DNA of 25,963 nucleotides from a virus: UHGV virus genome UHGV-1408657; one strand, 5' to 3'. Shown piece by piece: positions 16,780 to 25,260 of this stretch (position 1 is its first letter; each line of letters starts with the position of its first letter). The notes under the pieces were generated by a model. It saw only the letters and a program-made list of their open reading frames with translations, ran no database searches and was not told where the DNA came from. The position numbers and the translations under genes were made by a program.

Positions 16780-17190
16780 ATGAGAAAAATGTTTTGCTTA
16801 AGTTTGGCCTGTATTGCACTTACTGCGTGTAAACCTTCAGAGGAAAAAGCACTACAACTCGGGCAACAAGAAATTGCAAATGGGTTGATGGATCCCGATA
16901 GCGCCAAATTTAAAATGGTTAGGTTCAATTTGGACAAAAACCAGCAGTCCGGGGATGTTGTGAGCGGTTTCGTATGTGGCAGGGTTGCTGGGAAGAATGG
17001 GCTTGGTGCGTATGTTGGCTACCATCCTTTCTATGTTCATATCAAGATGACTCCCAAAGGGGCGTTTTCTAAAGGCGTGAATTATGAGATCGGAGAAAAA
17101 GCGATATACCCCGATGGAAGAGATGAGTCATGGATAGATCTTGACGGAAACTCTTATGTTAGCCGCTGCGGTGCCACACCATCCAAATGA
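16780..17190 (+). CDS. predicted lipoprotein (cargo gene inside the tail cluster)
   Basis: Preferred start ATG 16780 (MRKMFCLSLACIALTAC, n-region, hydrophobic core, lipobox LTAC) with GGGGA upstream; in-frame ATGs further upstream from 16747. Mature part has no motif I recognise. AT-rich. Confidence 0.65.
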   Translation: MRKMFCLSLACIALTACKPSEEKALQLGQQEIANGLMDPDSAKFKMVRFNLDKNQQSGDVVSGFVCGRVAGKNGLGAYVGYHPFYVHIKMTPKGAFSKGVNYEIGEKAIYPDGRDESWIDLDGNSYVSRCGATPSK

Positions 17191-17233
17191 GTTTATGTAG
17201 AGCCTTCTAACCACCACCACTCAACCGAAACCC

Positions 17234-17258
17234 AGCCTCGCTGACGCGGGGCTTTTTG
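17234..17258 (+). terminator. intrinsic terminator after the lipoprotein gene
   Basis: AGCCTCGC-TGAC-GCGGGGCT (one G-U pair) followed by TTTTT. Confidence 0.5.
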
Positions 17259-17676
17259 TTGCCAACGGGCTGGTGAATGCGGTTGAAATTTGAGCGCCAC
17301 ATTCAGAGGGCGCGAGATACTACAGCAATTTATGGTGCAATGCATTGTAAGCAGGGTCTGTTTTTGTGCAAAAAGTGCTATTTGTGCGCATTGGTACAGA
17401 TTGAAACGCATTGGAACGTATTGCAACTTTGCACGATCATGTTGTGATTCTGCAATCACCTTAGAGGTAATTTCGGTGAAACTGATTGCAACGTGCTTTA
17501 AGTGCTTCGGAAATGTCGTCGAACGTGCATCCATCTTCAGACATAGACCCATTGCTCAAATAAGAAGAATGGTATTAAATTGTCCTCAACCACTAAGAGT
17601 GGTCATGAATTCTTTGGATGTGTTTGCATCCTACAATTTGAGAAAGCACTGCCAAACGTGCATGAGGGTGATAATC

Positions 17677-17856
17677 ATGGGTCACGCATTAAAAAAGGCA
17701 GATCGCTTGTACATTCCGCCTCGTGACAAATCCACAGTGGCGAAACCTCGTGCAGCGATCAGCGAAGCATGTTCACATACTGGTCAAGTTAAAAATGCCT
17801 TTGAATTTGGATTTGCTCGTTACGAGAAGGCGATGGAAGAACTTTCAAAGGTCTGA
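17677..17856 (+). CDS. putative antitoxin / partner protein of the downstream Doc-family toxin (start uncertain)
   Basis: ATG 17677 with RBS GAGGGTG; stop 10 nt before the Doc start. Not recognisably Phd/YefM-like. The same frame stays open upstream to 17290, so a longer Cys-rich product starting at ATG 17332 or 17570 is possible. Confidence 0.4.
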   Translation: MGHALKKADRLYIPPRDKSTVAKPRAAISEACSHTGQVKNAFEFGFARYEKAMEELSKV

Positions 17857-17866
17857 GTAAAAACGG

Positions 17867-18364
17867 ATGACGATAGAGTATGTTGAAGGAATCAATTATC
17901 TTTCCATTGAAGATATAGTTTACATCAACAAGTCTCTGATCGAGACTCAGACGCCAAATGAACCAATAGGTGTGCTGAATCCGAATAACCTCAGTTCTTC
18001 ACAGTCCCGGCCAAGTACCATTCGATATTATGAGCAGACAGACGATATGTTTCGTCTGTCTGCTGTTCTAATTGAAAGTCTGATCCAGAATCATCCATTC
18101 GCAAATGCAAACAAACGCACCGCCATTATGACCGGTTACGTATTCCTGTTGCTGAATGGATATGAGCTTACAGCACCTAGCGATGAGGTCGTTACAATCG
18201 CAGAGGGTTTGGCTCGTAAGGATTATTCAGTGGATGATCTGGAAAATTGGTTATGCCACTGGTCTCGCGAGTATGATTCCAGAACATTATGTGCAACTGG
18301 CGGCAATTCGCTACAGGCTCTCGTGGCGACCTCGCAATACATTCGAATCATATCGAATAACTGA
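17867..18364 (+). CDS. doc: Doc (death-on-curing) family Fic/Doc toxin
   Basis: 165 aa; motif HPFANANKRTAIMTGYVFLLLNGYEL aligns with P1 Doc HIFNDANKRTALNSALLFLRRNGV as I recall it (Doc signature H-x-F-x-[DN]-[AG]-N-K-R); N-terminal LSIEDIVYIN resembles Doc ISPEELIALH; about 40 aa C-terminal extension relative to P1 Doc. Confidence 0.8.
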   Translation: MTIEYVEGINYLSIEDIVYINKSLIETQTPNEPIGVLNPNNLSSSQSRPSTIRYYEQTDDMFRLSAVLIESLIQNHPFANANKRTAIMTGYVFLLLNGYELTAPSDEVVTIAEGLARKDYSVDDLENWLCHWSREYDSRTLCATGGNSLQALVATSQYIRIISNN

Positions 18365-18407
18365 ATCCGCTGAGAGGCGTTTTTTGCAGATTAATACTGA
18401 ACTATAT

Positions 18408-18430
18408 AACCCGCTTCGGCGGGTTTTTTT
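18408..18430 (+). terminator. strong intrinsic terminator
   Basis: ACCCGC-TTCG-GCGGGT followed by TTTTTTT; the 24-mer ATAACCCGCTTCGGCGGGTTTTTT recurs identically at 25511-25534. Confidence 0.7.
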
Positions 18431-18441
18431 ATGGAGCAAAT

Positions 18442-18792
18442 ATGGCCGTTGAGACATATAACTGGCACTCTCAACTGGGTGCTGGCGCAGTGGAATACAG
18501 CCAGACGGTGCGAACGGCTCAGTTTGGCGATGGTTATGAGCAGGTGGCCGAGAACGGCATTAACTCGACGGCTATTCAGGTACCGATGAAGCATGTGGGC
18601 GCTGATTCTGAAGTGAATACCGTTCGGGACTTTCTCCTGGCGCATACCGTTAAGGCTTTCATCATCACACCGCCGGGCGAAGAGAAGGGGCTATATCGCG
18701 TTGTCGCCGACTCCGTGCGCAAAAACCAGATTAGCAGCAAATTCGCTGAGCTGACATTCACGATTAAGCGCGCCTATGGCGTCTATGCCTGA
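18442..18792 (+). CDS. minor tail protein, lambda gpM-like
   Basis: 116 aa; FGDGYEQ motif as in lambda M (FGDGYSQ); RBS GGAG; first gene of the M-L-K-I-J block. Confidence 0.8.
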   Translation: MAVETYNWHSQLGAGAVEYSQTVRTAQFGDGYEQVAENGINSTAIQVPMKHVGADSEVNTVRDFLLAHTVKAFIITPPGEEKGLYRVVADSVRKNQISSKFAELTFTIKRAYGVYA

Positions 18793-18800
18793 GGTGGAGC

Positions 18801-19574
18801 ATGACAGCACTGATTGATACGGCGGCAATGTTGGCGCCTGGTGGCAGGGTCCGCCTGGTCGAAGTAGATGCTTCAGAGTTCAGCGGCGGTATTCATCGCT
18901 TCCACTACAGTCCATTTCCCCATACACCCGCCGAGATAGATGCTGCGAACGGCGATGAGGCAAAGCTAGGACCAAAACCCATCATCTGGGATGGAAAAAT
19001 CTTCGACTTCTGGCCATTCCAGATTTCCGACCTTGCACTGTCAACCGACCAGGCCGCAGAACCGAAGCTGAGCGTGTCGAACCTCGACGGGCATATCACT
19101 GCGCTCTGTCTGCAGTTTAAAGATATGGTGAATGCAAAGGTGAGCATCATCGACACCTATGCTGTTTACCTCGATGCCGTGAACTTCCCGGGTGGCGTGA
19201 ACGCGACAGCTGATCCGTCAATGTTTACTCTCCAGACCTTCTGGCTGGACACCAAAACCTCAGAAGATGATGAGGTGGTTACGTGGTCACTCAGTAGCCC
19301 TGCGGATTTGCAGAACCTGGTTATTCCCACCCGTCAAATTACATCGCTGTGCGAGTGGGCGCTGCGAGGCCAGTACCGCAGCGGTGACGGATGTACCTAC
19401 AACGGAACAGCGTATTTTGATGCGAAGGGGAATGTGGTCGCTGACCCTGCGCTGGACGTGTGCGGCGGATGCCTTAGTGACTGCCGTAAACGATTTGGCG
19501 CCGGGCTGGCAGAGCCAAACACCGCAATTCTTGATTTCGGCGGTTTCCCCGCAACGGTTTTATTCTCCCGATAA
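18801..19574 (+). CDS. minor tail protein, lambda gpL-like
   Basis: 257 aa following gpM; Cys cluster near C-terminus (CGGCLSDCRKRFG); RBS GAGGTGGAG. Confidence 0.8.
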   Translation: MTALIDTAAMLAPGGRVRLVEVDASEFSGGIHRFHYSPFPHTPAEIDAANGDEAKLGPKPIIWDGKIFDFWPFQISDLALSTDQAAEPKLSVSNLDGHITALCLQFKDMVNAKVSIIDTYAVYLDAVNFPGGVNATADPSMFTLQTFWLDTKTSEDDEVVTWSLSSPADLQNLVIPTRQITSLCEWALRGQYRSGDGCTYNGTAYFDAKGNVVADPALDVCGGCLSDCRKRFGAGLAEPNTAILDFGGFPATVLFSR

Positions 19575-19586
19575 ACGGAAATACCA

Positions 19587-20318
19587 ATGAACAAAACTAT
19601 TATGGCTGCTATCCGGGCGCATGCACTGGAGGAGTCGCCACGAGAGTGCTGCGGCTTCGTCATCCAGTCTGGCCGACGCCAGCGCTATATCCCGGTGCCG
19701 AACAGCCACGAAAATCCGACCGAGCATTTCCGAATCGACGGAGAGCACTGGGCGAATGCAGAGGATATGGGGACGATTATTCGAGTCATACACTCCCATC
19801 CAGGCGACGGCGCCCGGCCAATTCCGTCCGATTTGGACCGTCAGCAGTGCAATAACTCCAGTGTGGTCTGGGGCATCTACGCGCCGGACTGCGATGAATA
19901 TGCTGAGGTAACGCCGGACGCTATCCCGCTAATCGGCCGCCCGTTCATCCTTGGCTCTCACGACTGCTGGGGGCTGATCATGGACTGGCATGCCACCCAG
20001 AGTGTAATGCTGACTGATTTTCGCGTTGAATACCCGTGGTGGGAAAGCCACTACCCAGACAACCTGTATTTCGATAACTGGGAGCGGGAGGGGTTTGTCG
20101 AATGCGACCCGTCGCCAGGCTGTATGGTCATCATGCAGGTTGAATCCAGTAAGTGGAACCACGCGGGGATCATTACCGAGGAAGGCGAGCTGCTTCACCA
20201 TCTGTACGGGCAACCATCCTGTATCACGCCGTATGCGCGAGGTTATTTCAAAGACAGGACGATGATCTGCGTCCGTCATAAATATTTGCCGCAGGAGATT
20301 CAGCCATGGCGCGCTTAA
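19587..20318 (+). CDS. tail assembly protein, lambda gpK-like (JAMM/MPN plus NlpC/P60 domains)
   Basis: 243 aa; JAMM-like VIHSHPGDGARPIPSDLD and NlpC/P60-like GSHDCWGL motifs. Confidence 0.8.
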   Translation: MNKTIMAAIRAHALEESPRECCGFVIQSGRRQRYIPVPNSHENPTEHFRIDGEHWANAEDMGTIIRVIHSHPGDGARPIPSDLDRQQCNNSSVVWGIYAPDCDEYAEVTPDAIPLIGRPFILGSHDCWGLIMDWHATQSVMLTDFRVEYPWWESHYPDNLYFDNWEREGFVECDPSPGCMVIMQVESSKWNHAGIITEEGELLHHLYGQPSCITPYARGYFKDRTMICVRHKYLPQEIQPWRA

Positions 20319-20899
20319 CCACGATTCGATTGTACGGCGCGCTGGGTGCGCGATTTGGGCGAGTGCATAAGTTGGCAGTGCAAACGTCAGCGGAAGCGGT
20401 GAAAGCCCTGTGCATCAATTTCGACGGGCTGGAGCAATATCTTTATGACGCCAAAAAGAACGGCATGACTTTCGCCGTGTTTCGTGGGAAACGCAATATC
20501 GGCGTGAAGGACTTTAAAGAACTGGCGGGGGATAGTGATATCCGTATTGCACCTGTAATGGAGGGAGCGAAAAAAGCAGGGATATTCCAGACTATCCTCG
20601 GTGCTGTGATGGTGGTCGCGGGAATAGCCATATCATATTTCAGTTCCGGAGCGCTTGCCACCTTTGGCGCGAGCCTTGCTGCTGGTGGTGTTGGCATGAT
20701 GGCCGGTGGCATTTACCAAATGCTATCACCTCAATCGAGAGGACTACAGGGACGTGATGACCCTGATAATAAACCCAGCTATGCTTTCGGTGGTTCGGTA
20801 AACACTCTTGCCATGGGTAACCCGGTAGCGGTGCTCTACGGTGAGCGCGAGATTGGCGGCGCCATCATCAGTGCAGGGATTGTCGCCGAAGATATCTGA
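20306..20899 (+). CDS. tail assembly protein, lambda gpI-like
   Basis: 197 aa overlapping the end of gpK; hydrophobic Gly/Ala-rich central segment; position between K and J. Confidence 0.75.
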   Translation: MARLTTIRLYGALGARFGRVHKLAVQTSAEAVKALCINFDGLEQYLYDAKKNGMTFAVFRGKRNIGVKDFKELAGDSDIRIAPVMEGAKKAGIFQTILGAVMVVAGIAISYFSSGALATFGASLAAGGVGMMAGGIYQMLSPQSRGLQGRDDPDNKPSYAFGGSVNTLAMGNPVAVLYGEREIGGAIISAGIVAEDI

Positions 20900-20919
20900 A
20901 GACTCCTTATCTTTCAATT

Positions 20920-20943
20920 AGCACCCAATTGGGTGCTTTTTTT
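20920..20943 (+). terminator. intrinsic terminator-like hairpin plus T-run between gpI and gpJ
   Basis: AGCACCC-AATT-GGGTGCT followed by TTTTTTT; downstream linker TTTTTTTATGGATGCAATATGGC resembles the linker before gpM. Confidence 0.65.
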
Positions 20944-20954
20944 ATGGATGCAAT

Positions 20955-23900
20955 ATGGCAACGATTACTGGTGCGAAGGGCGGCAGCCAAAAACAGCATA
21001 CACCTGTAGAACAGCCGGACTCCGCGCAGTCAATGGCTCGCTGCCGCATGCTTCTGGCTCTGGGGGAAGGTGAGTTTGCAGGTGGGTTGGATGCCACGCG
21101 CATTTTCCTGGATGGTACGCCGCTGGGCAATTCTGATGGCTCTATGAATTTTGAGAATGTGTCATGGGATTTTCGCCCGGGAACTCAGATTCAGACAACG
21201 ATCCCCGGCTTTCCTGCGGTAGAAAACGAAACCAGCATTGGTGTTTCGCTGACGAAAGTCGCTCCATGGACAAGGGCAATTAGCAATACCCAAATCGATG
21301 CTGTTCTGGTGCGTGTCGGTATTAATGGGCTTCAGCAGCAGGAGAATGATGGCGATATCGTTGGCACAACCGTTCAGTATCACATTGATCTCGCCATTGA
21401 TGGTGGTGCGTACTCTACGGTGATGACCAAAACGGTTACGGAGAAGCTCAGCTCACTGTACGAGATCACTCATCGTATTAATCTGCCGAAAGCCAACAAC
21501 GGCTGGCAAATCCGGATTGTTCGCGATACTGATGACAGCACCAGCCAGATGCTTCAGAACAAAACTCAGGTACAGGCGATCACCGAGGTGATAGATGCTC
21601 GCCTGCGCTATCCGCATACCGCGCTGCTGTACGTGTCCTTTAACGCGAAGTCATTCAACAATATCCCTAAGATTTCATGTAAACCTAAAGGCCGGGTAAT
21701 CCGCATCCCGCAGAACTACGATCCGATTGCACGCACTTATAGCGGTACATGGGACGGTACATTCAAATGGGGATGGACGAATAATCCTGCATGGATCTGG
21801 TTCGATATTCTTACTGAACCTCGCTTCGGCCTGGGTCGCAGGGTTACACCAGCGATGCTCGATAAATGGGAGTTATATCGTATTGCCCAGCGTTGCGACC
21901 AGAAGGTGCCGGATGGTAAGGGTGGTAGCGGTACCGAGCCTCGCTTTATGTTTGACGTTTATATCCAGGCTCAGGCTGATGCCTGGCAGGTGATTAAGGA
22001 TATTGCGGCTGGTTTTAACGGTATGACGTTCTGGGGAAACAACATGTTCAATGTTGTCTCGGATATGCCAGCTGATACGTCAAAGCTCCAGATCCTCACC
22101 CGAGCCTCGGTGGTCGGGAAACCAACCTATTCCAGCGGCAGTGAAAAGAACCGATATAGCTCTGCGCTGATTAACTTTAGCGATCCAGAGAATCACTATC
22201 AGGACCGAACTACAGCAGTAATGTTTCCTGACCTGGTAAAACAGTTCAAGTTTAAGCAGACGCAATTGACGGCTATTGGCTGTACACGTGAAAGCGAGGC
22301 GCAGCGCCGCGGAGGGTGGGCCGTCTACTCCAACTCTTTGGACCGTATTATCACTGTTCAGACGGGACTTGATGGCTTCGCTTATGTGCCGGGGACCGTA
22401 TTTGCGTTTGCAGATGAACGGCTATCTGGCCGTGTCTATGGTGGACGTATTACTGAATACAACGGCGTTCTGAAATCTGTAACTACCGATCGGGGTACAA
22501 GCGCATTAGCCGGCGATACGCTGATGATTCGTACCCTGGGCGGTACCGTTGAGAGCAGAACCATTCAGGCGGTTAACGGCCAGCAACTGATACTGGTAAC
22601 TGCCTTTACCGCTGAGCCACAACCTAATGCCATTTTTGTTATCGATGCTGGCCAGTTGCGCCTCCAGTACTTCCGCGTAACCAATCTGACATTTAACGAT
22701 GAAGAGAACACCTACAGTATCACCGGTGCAGAGTACAACGCGACGAAGTATGATGCCGTTGATAACAACGCCCGACTGGATACGCCGCCGATCAGCCTGT
22801 TACCGACAGGCCTGGTAGGGCAACCGACAAACATTACGATTAGTAGCTACGACTCGGTTCGGCAGGGGCAGCGTATTGCGACCATGGTTGCGAGCTGGGA
22901 TACGCCAGTAGATAAAAACGGGAAACCTCAGGCCGATATTGTCGCCTATCAGGCACAGTGGAAACGCGGTGATAATGAGTGGATCAATATCCCTGAAACG
23001 GGTTTGCGCAATATCGAGGTGCCTGGGATTTTCTCAGGCGATTATCTTGTGCGAGTTCGCGCCATTAACTCTGGAGGTGCGTCCAGTCTGTGGGCCTCTT
23101 CTGTTCTGACGCATCTCACTGGACGTACTGGGGATGTTCCTAAACCGATTGGACTTCGTACCACTGCAATCAACTGGGGTATTCAGGTTGACTGGTCCTT
23201 CCCGGCTGATACAGGTGACACGCTCCAGACCGAGTTGCAGTATTCAGCAAACGGTAATGGAGATAATCCTCTGCTGCTTGCAGGAGTTCCGTATCCTCAA
23301 CACACATATACCCAACTGGGTTTGAAGGCTGGTCAGGAGTTCTGGTACCGGGCTCGTCTGGTCGATCGCATTGGTAATCAGAGTGACTGGACCGACTGGA
23401 TTCGTGGCCAATCCAGCGCGAATGCTGACGACTACCTGGGCGATATTGCTGATGACTTCCTGACGTCTGCAGACGGTGACCGCCTGACAAGCGACATTGA
23501 TACCAACCTGGAAGCCGCGTTGCAGAATGCGCTGGCCAATCATGGAACGGTGGAACACCAGTGGGCGCAGTATGGTGAAGTACGCGCGGATATTCTGGTA
23601 GTCAAAACGACCATTGCACAGGTCGATAAGGCCATGGCTGAAATGTCCACGCAAGTGCAGGCGCAGATTAAAGATGTAACCGCCTCGCTTGAGGATAAGC
23701 TCACTGCCACCGTTGATGCTACAAGTGCTACGGCCATTCATACCCTGAAAGTCGGAGTGCGCATCAACGATATTTTTTACGGTGCCGGGATGTCGATTGC
23801 AGTGCTGGCCGAAGCGGGTAAACCGGTAGTCACTCGTGTCGGATTTAACGCCAATCAGTTCGTCCTGATGAGTGGCAGCGGCGATACGCAATATTCACCC

Positions 23901-24164
23901 TTTGCGGTGGTCAATGGTCAGGTCTTTATCAGTGATGCATTTATCCAGTATAGCCAAATCACGCTGGCAAAAATTAAAGAACTGCGATCAGAAAATTACG
24001 TTCAGGGACAAACGGGCACCATCATGAAATCGGACGGAACGTTTGAAATGAATGGAGCAGTTGCCGGGGAGGGGGCAATGAAAATTACCAACACAACCCA
24101 GAGCGTTAAGGACGGGAATGGCGTCCTTCGCGTGCAGATTGGGAAATTAACAGGAGTGTTTTGA
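20955..24164 (+). CDS. host specificity / central tail fibre protein, lambda gpJ-like
   Basis: 1069 aa; size, position after I, and fibronectin-III-like repeats in the C-terminal third (about residues 620-820). Confidence 0.9.
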   Translation: MATITGAKGGSQKQHTPVEQPDSAQSMARCRMLLALGEGEFAGGLDATRIFLDGTPLGNSDGSMNFENVSWDFRPGTQIQTTIPGFPAVENETSIGVSLTKVAPWTRAISNTQIDAVLVRVGINGLQQQENDGDIVGTTVQYHIDLAIDGGAYSTVMTKTVTEKLSSLYEITHRINLPKANNGWQIRIVRDTDDSTSQMLQNKTQVQAITEVIDARLRYPHTALLYVSFNAKSFNNIPKISCKPKGRVIRIPQNYDPIARTYSGTWDGTFKWGWTNNPAWIWFDILTEPRFGLGRRVTPAMLDKWELYRIAQRCDQKVPDGKGGSGTEPRFMFDVYIQAQADAWQVIKDIAAGFNGMTFWGNNMFNVVSDMPADTSKLQILTRASVVGKPTYSSGSEKNRYSSALINFSDPENHYQDRTTAVMFPDLVKQFKFKQTQLTAIGCTRESEAQRRGGWAVYSNSLDRIITVQTGLDGFAYVPGTVFAFADERLSGRVYGGRITEYNGVLKSVTTDRGTSALAGDTLMIRTLGGTVESRTIQAVNGQQLILVTAFTAEPQPNAIFVIDAGQLRLQYFRVTNLTFNDEENTYSITGAEYNATKYDAVDNNARLDTPPISLLPTGLVGQPTNITISSYDSVRQGQRIATMVASWDTPVDKNGKPQADIVAYQAQWKRGDNEWINIPETGLRNIEVPGIFSGDYLVRVRAINSGGASSLWASSVLTHLTGRTGDVPKPIGLRTTAINWGIQVDWSFPADTGDTLQTELQYSANGNGDNPLLLAGVPYPQHTYTQLGLKAGQEFWYRARLVDRIGNQSDWTDWIRGQSSANADDYLGDIADDFLTSADGDRLTSDIDTNLEAALQNALANHGTVEHQWAQYGEVRADILVVKTTIAQVDKAMAEMSTQVQAQIKDVTASLEDKLTATVDATSATAIHTLKVGVRINDIFYGAGMSIAVLAEAGKPVVTRVGFNANQFVLMSGSGDTQYSPFAVVNGQVFISDAFIQYSQITLAKIKELRSENYVQGQTGTIMKSDGTFEMNGAVAGEGAMKITNTTQSVKDGNGVLRVQIGKLTGVF

Positions 24165-24478
24165 TGGAATGGGGGATACAGACATGGGACGCTAATGGCG
24201 TCCCTAATAACTACGGAATCAAACCAATCAGCGTAGTTGGTATAATCGACCTGTTAGTGGATCAGAAAACCGGCTCTTATTCTTTCAACCTGGAACCTGG
24301 CCTGAAAGTTGGCTTTACAGTAGGGACTGCGGAGGCTGCAAGTTTGATTGCGTACACAAACAAAAGAAACATTCTTGCTTCCGGTAACACAATTACAATT
24401 CAGCCATCAACGGGCGACGGTGTTAACGACTATCCTGCAAATCAGGTTCAGCTGATTGTTTTTGCGGAGAAGGTGTAA
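24164..24478 (+). CDS. hypothetical protein (about 104 aa), translationally coupled to gpJ
   Basis: ATG overlaps the J stop (ATGA) with AGGAG upstream (ORF-track start 24161 is TTG); AT-richer than core; contains GIQTWDANGVP, which recurs in diverged form in the next gene. Confidence 0.5.
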   Translation: MEWGIQTWDANGVPNNYGIKPISVVGIIDLLVDQKTGSYSFNLEPGLKVGFTVGTAEAASLIAYTNKRNILASGNTITIQPSTGDGVNDYPANQVQLIVFAEKV

Positions 24479-25152
24479 TGGCAAAATATGGTGTTTTGCT
24501 AGCGTTACCCAATGGAAATCCTTTTGTTACTCCGGATTCCACACCATTGATACTTTATAAAAAAGTGTCGTTAAACTCAAAGTATAATGGTGATTTTAAC
24601 TCTGCGGTTATTGAGGAAAATATTGTTAATCAAAAGGCAGGGGTTGTATTCGCAAGAACAAGTACTGCGGCAAAAATCTCAGCCGTAAAAGAAGGGAACT
24701 TATTTAATGTTTCTGCTTCGAACTATAGAAGGGCTGCTTTTACTCTTGAAGCTTACTTTTTCGCAATAACTCCACAAACCTTACCCAGTCACGGTATAGC
24801 TATATGGGACGCATCAGGCACACTGGTTCTTACAAACGAATCAAGGGTATTGACAGATCTGACAACTATCGGGACGCCTGGAGCGGCTACGGGTGGAATT
24901 AATATCGATGTCACAATGCCGGGGAAATGGGCCGTAAATCCGATGGGGCTGGGATCTGTCATCATCCACGCTGGTTCTGCACCAGGTGGACAGCCAATAT
25001 TTCAGTCCGTTGATGTGGGGACGGGGTGCCATGACGACGCTGGTGGTACAAGAATTAGGGGGCAAAGTTCAACCACCGCCAGTGGTGCTACTATAGGGTC
25101 AACGAATAGCGGAATTGTGATAACGGCGATAAACACAGCCGCATATGATTAA
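24478..25152 (+). CDS. hypothetical Gly/Thr-rich protein (224 aa), coupled to upstream gene
   Basis: Start abuts the upstream stop; contains GIAIWDASGTL resembling the upstream protein; Gly/Ser/Thr-rich C-terminus suggests beta-rich structural or fibre-like protein; AT-rich. Confidence 0.55.
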   Translation: MAKYGVLLALPNGNPFVTPDSTPLILYKKVSLNSKYNGDFNSAVIEENIVNQKAGVVFARTSTAAKISAVKEGNLFNVSASNYRRAAFTLEAYFFAITPQTLPSHGIAIWDASGTLVLTNESRVLTDLTTIGTPGAATGGINIDVTMPGKWAVNPMGLGSVIIHAGSAPGGQPIFQSVDVGTGCHDDAGGTRIRGQSSTTASGATIGSTNSGIVITAINTAAYD

Positions 25153-25168
25153 ACCGATCGATTTAAAC

Positions 25169-25211
25169 GATCAATTTTAGAATATTGATCTATTAAAACT
25201 ATTTTTATTAT
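25169..25211 (+). promoter_or_regulatory. candidate promoter with GATC-containing inverted repeat upstream of the small lipoprotein gene
   Basis: Inverted repeat GATCAAT-n8-ATTGATC (25169-25190); three GATC sites within about 35 bp (25156, 25169, 25187); possible -35 TTGATC (25185-25190) and -10 TATTAT (25206-25211), spacer 15. Confidence 0.3.
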
Positions 25212-25260
25212 TCAATGCCATTGGTTATTTTTTGTTTAAATAATTAACTCTGGTATCGAA

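Noticed and set aside
17193-17552. 119-aa minus-strand ORF in the region upstream of the Doc partner
   Set aside because: Its 3' end reads through the lipoprotein gene's terminator hairpin and ends in an implausible Trp-rich tail; no convincing RBS; more likely a shadow frame, though the region's coding status is unresolved (see finding).
23244-23891. 215-aa minus-strand ORF inside gpJ
   Set aside because: Antisense to the host specificity gene; no independent support.
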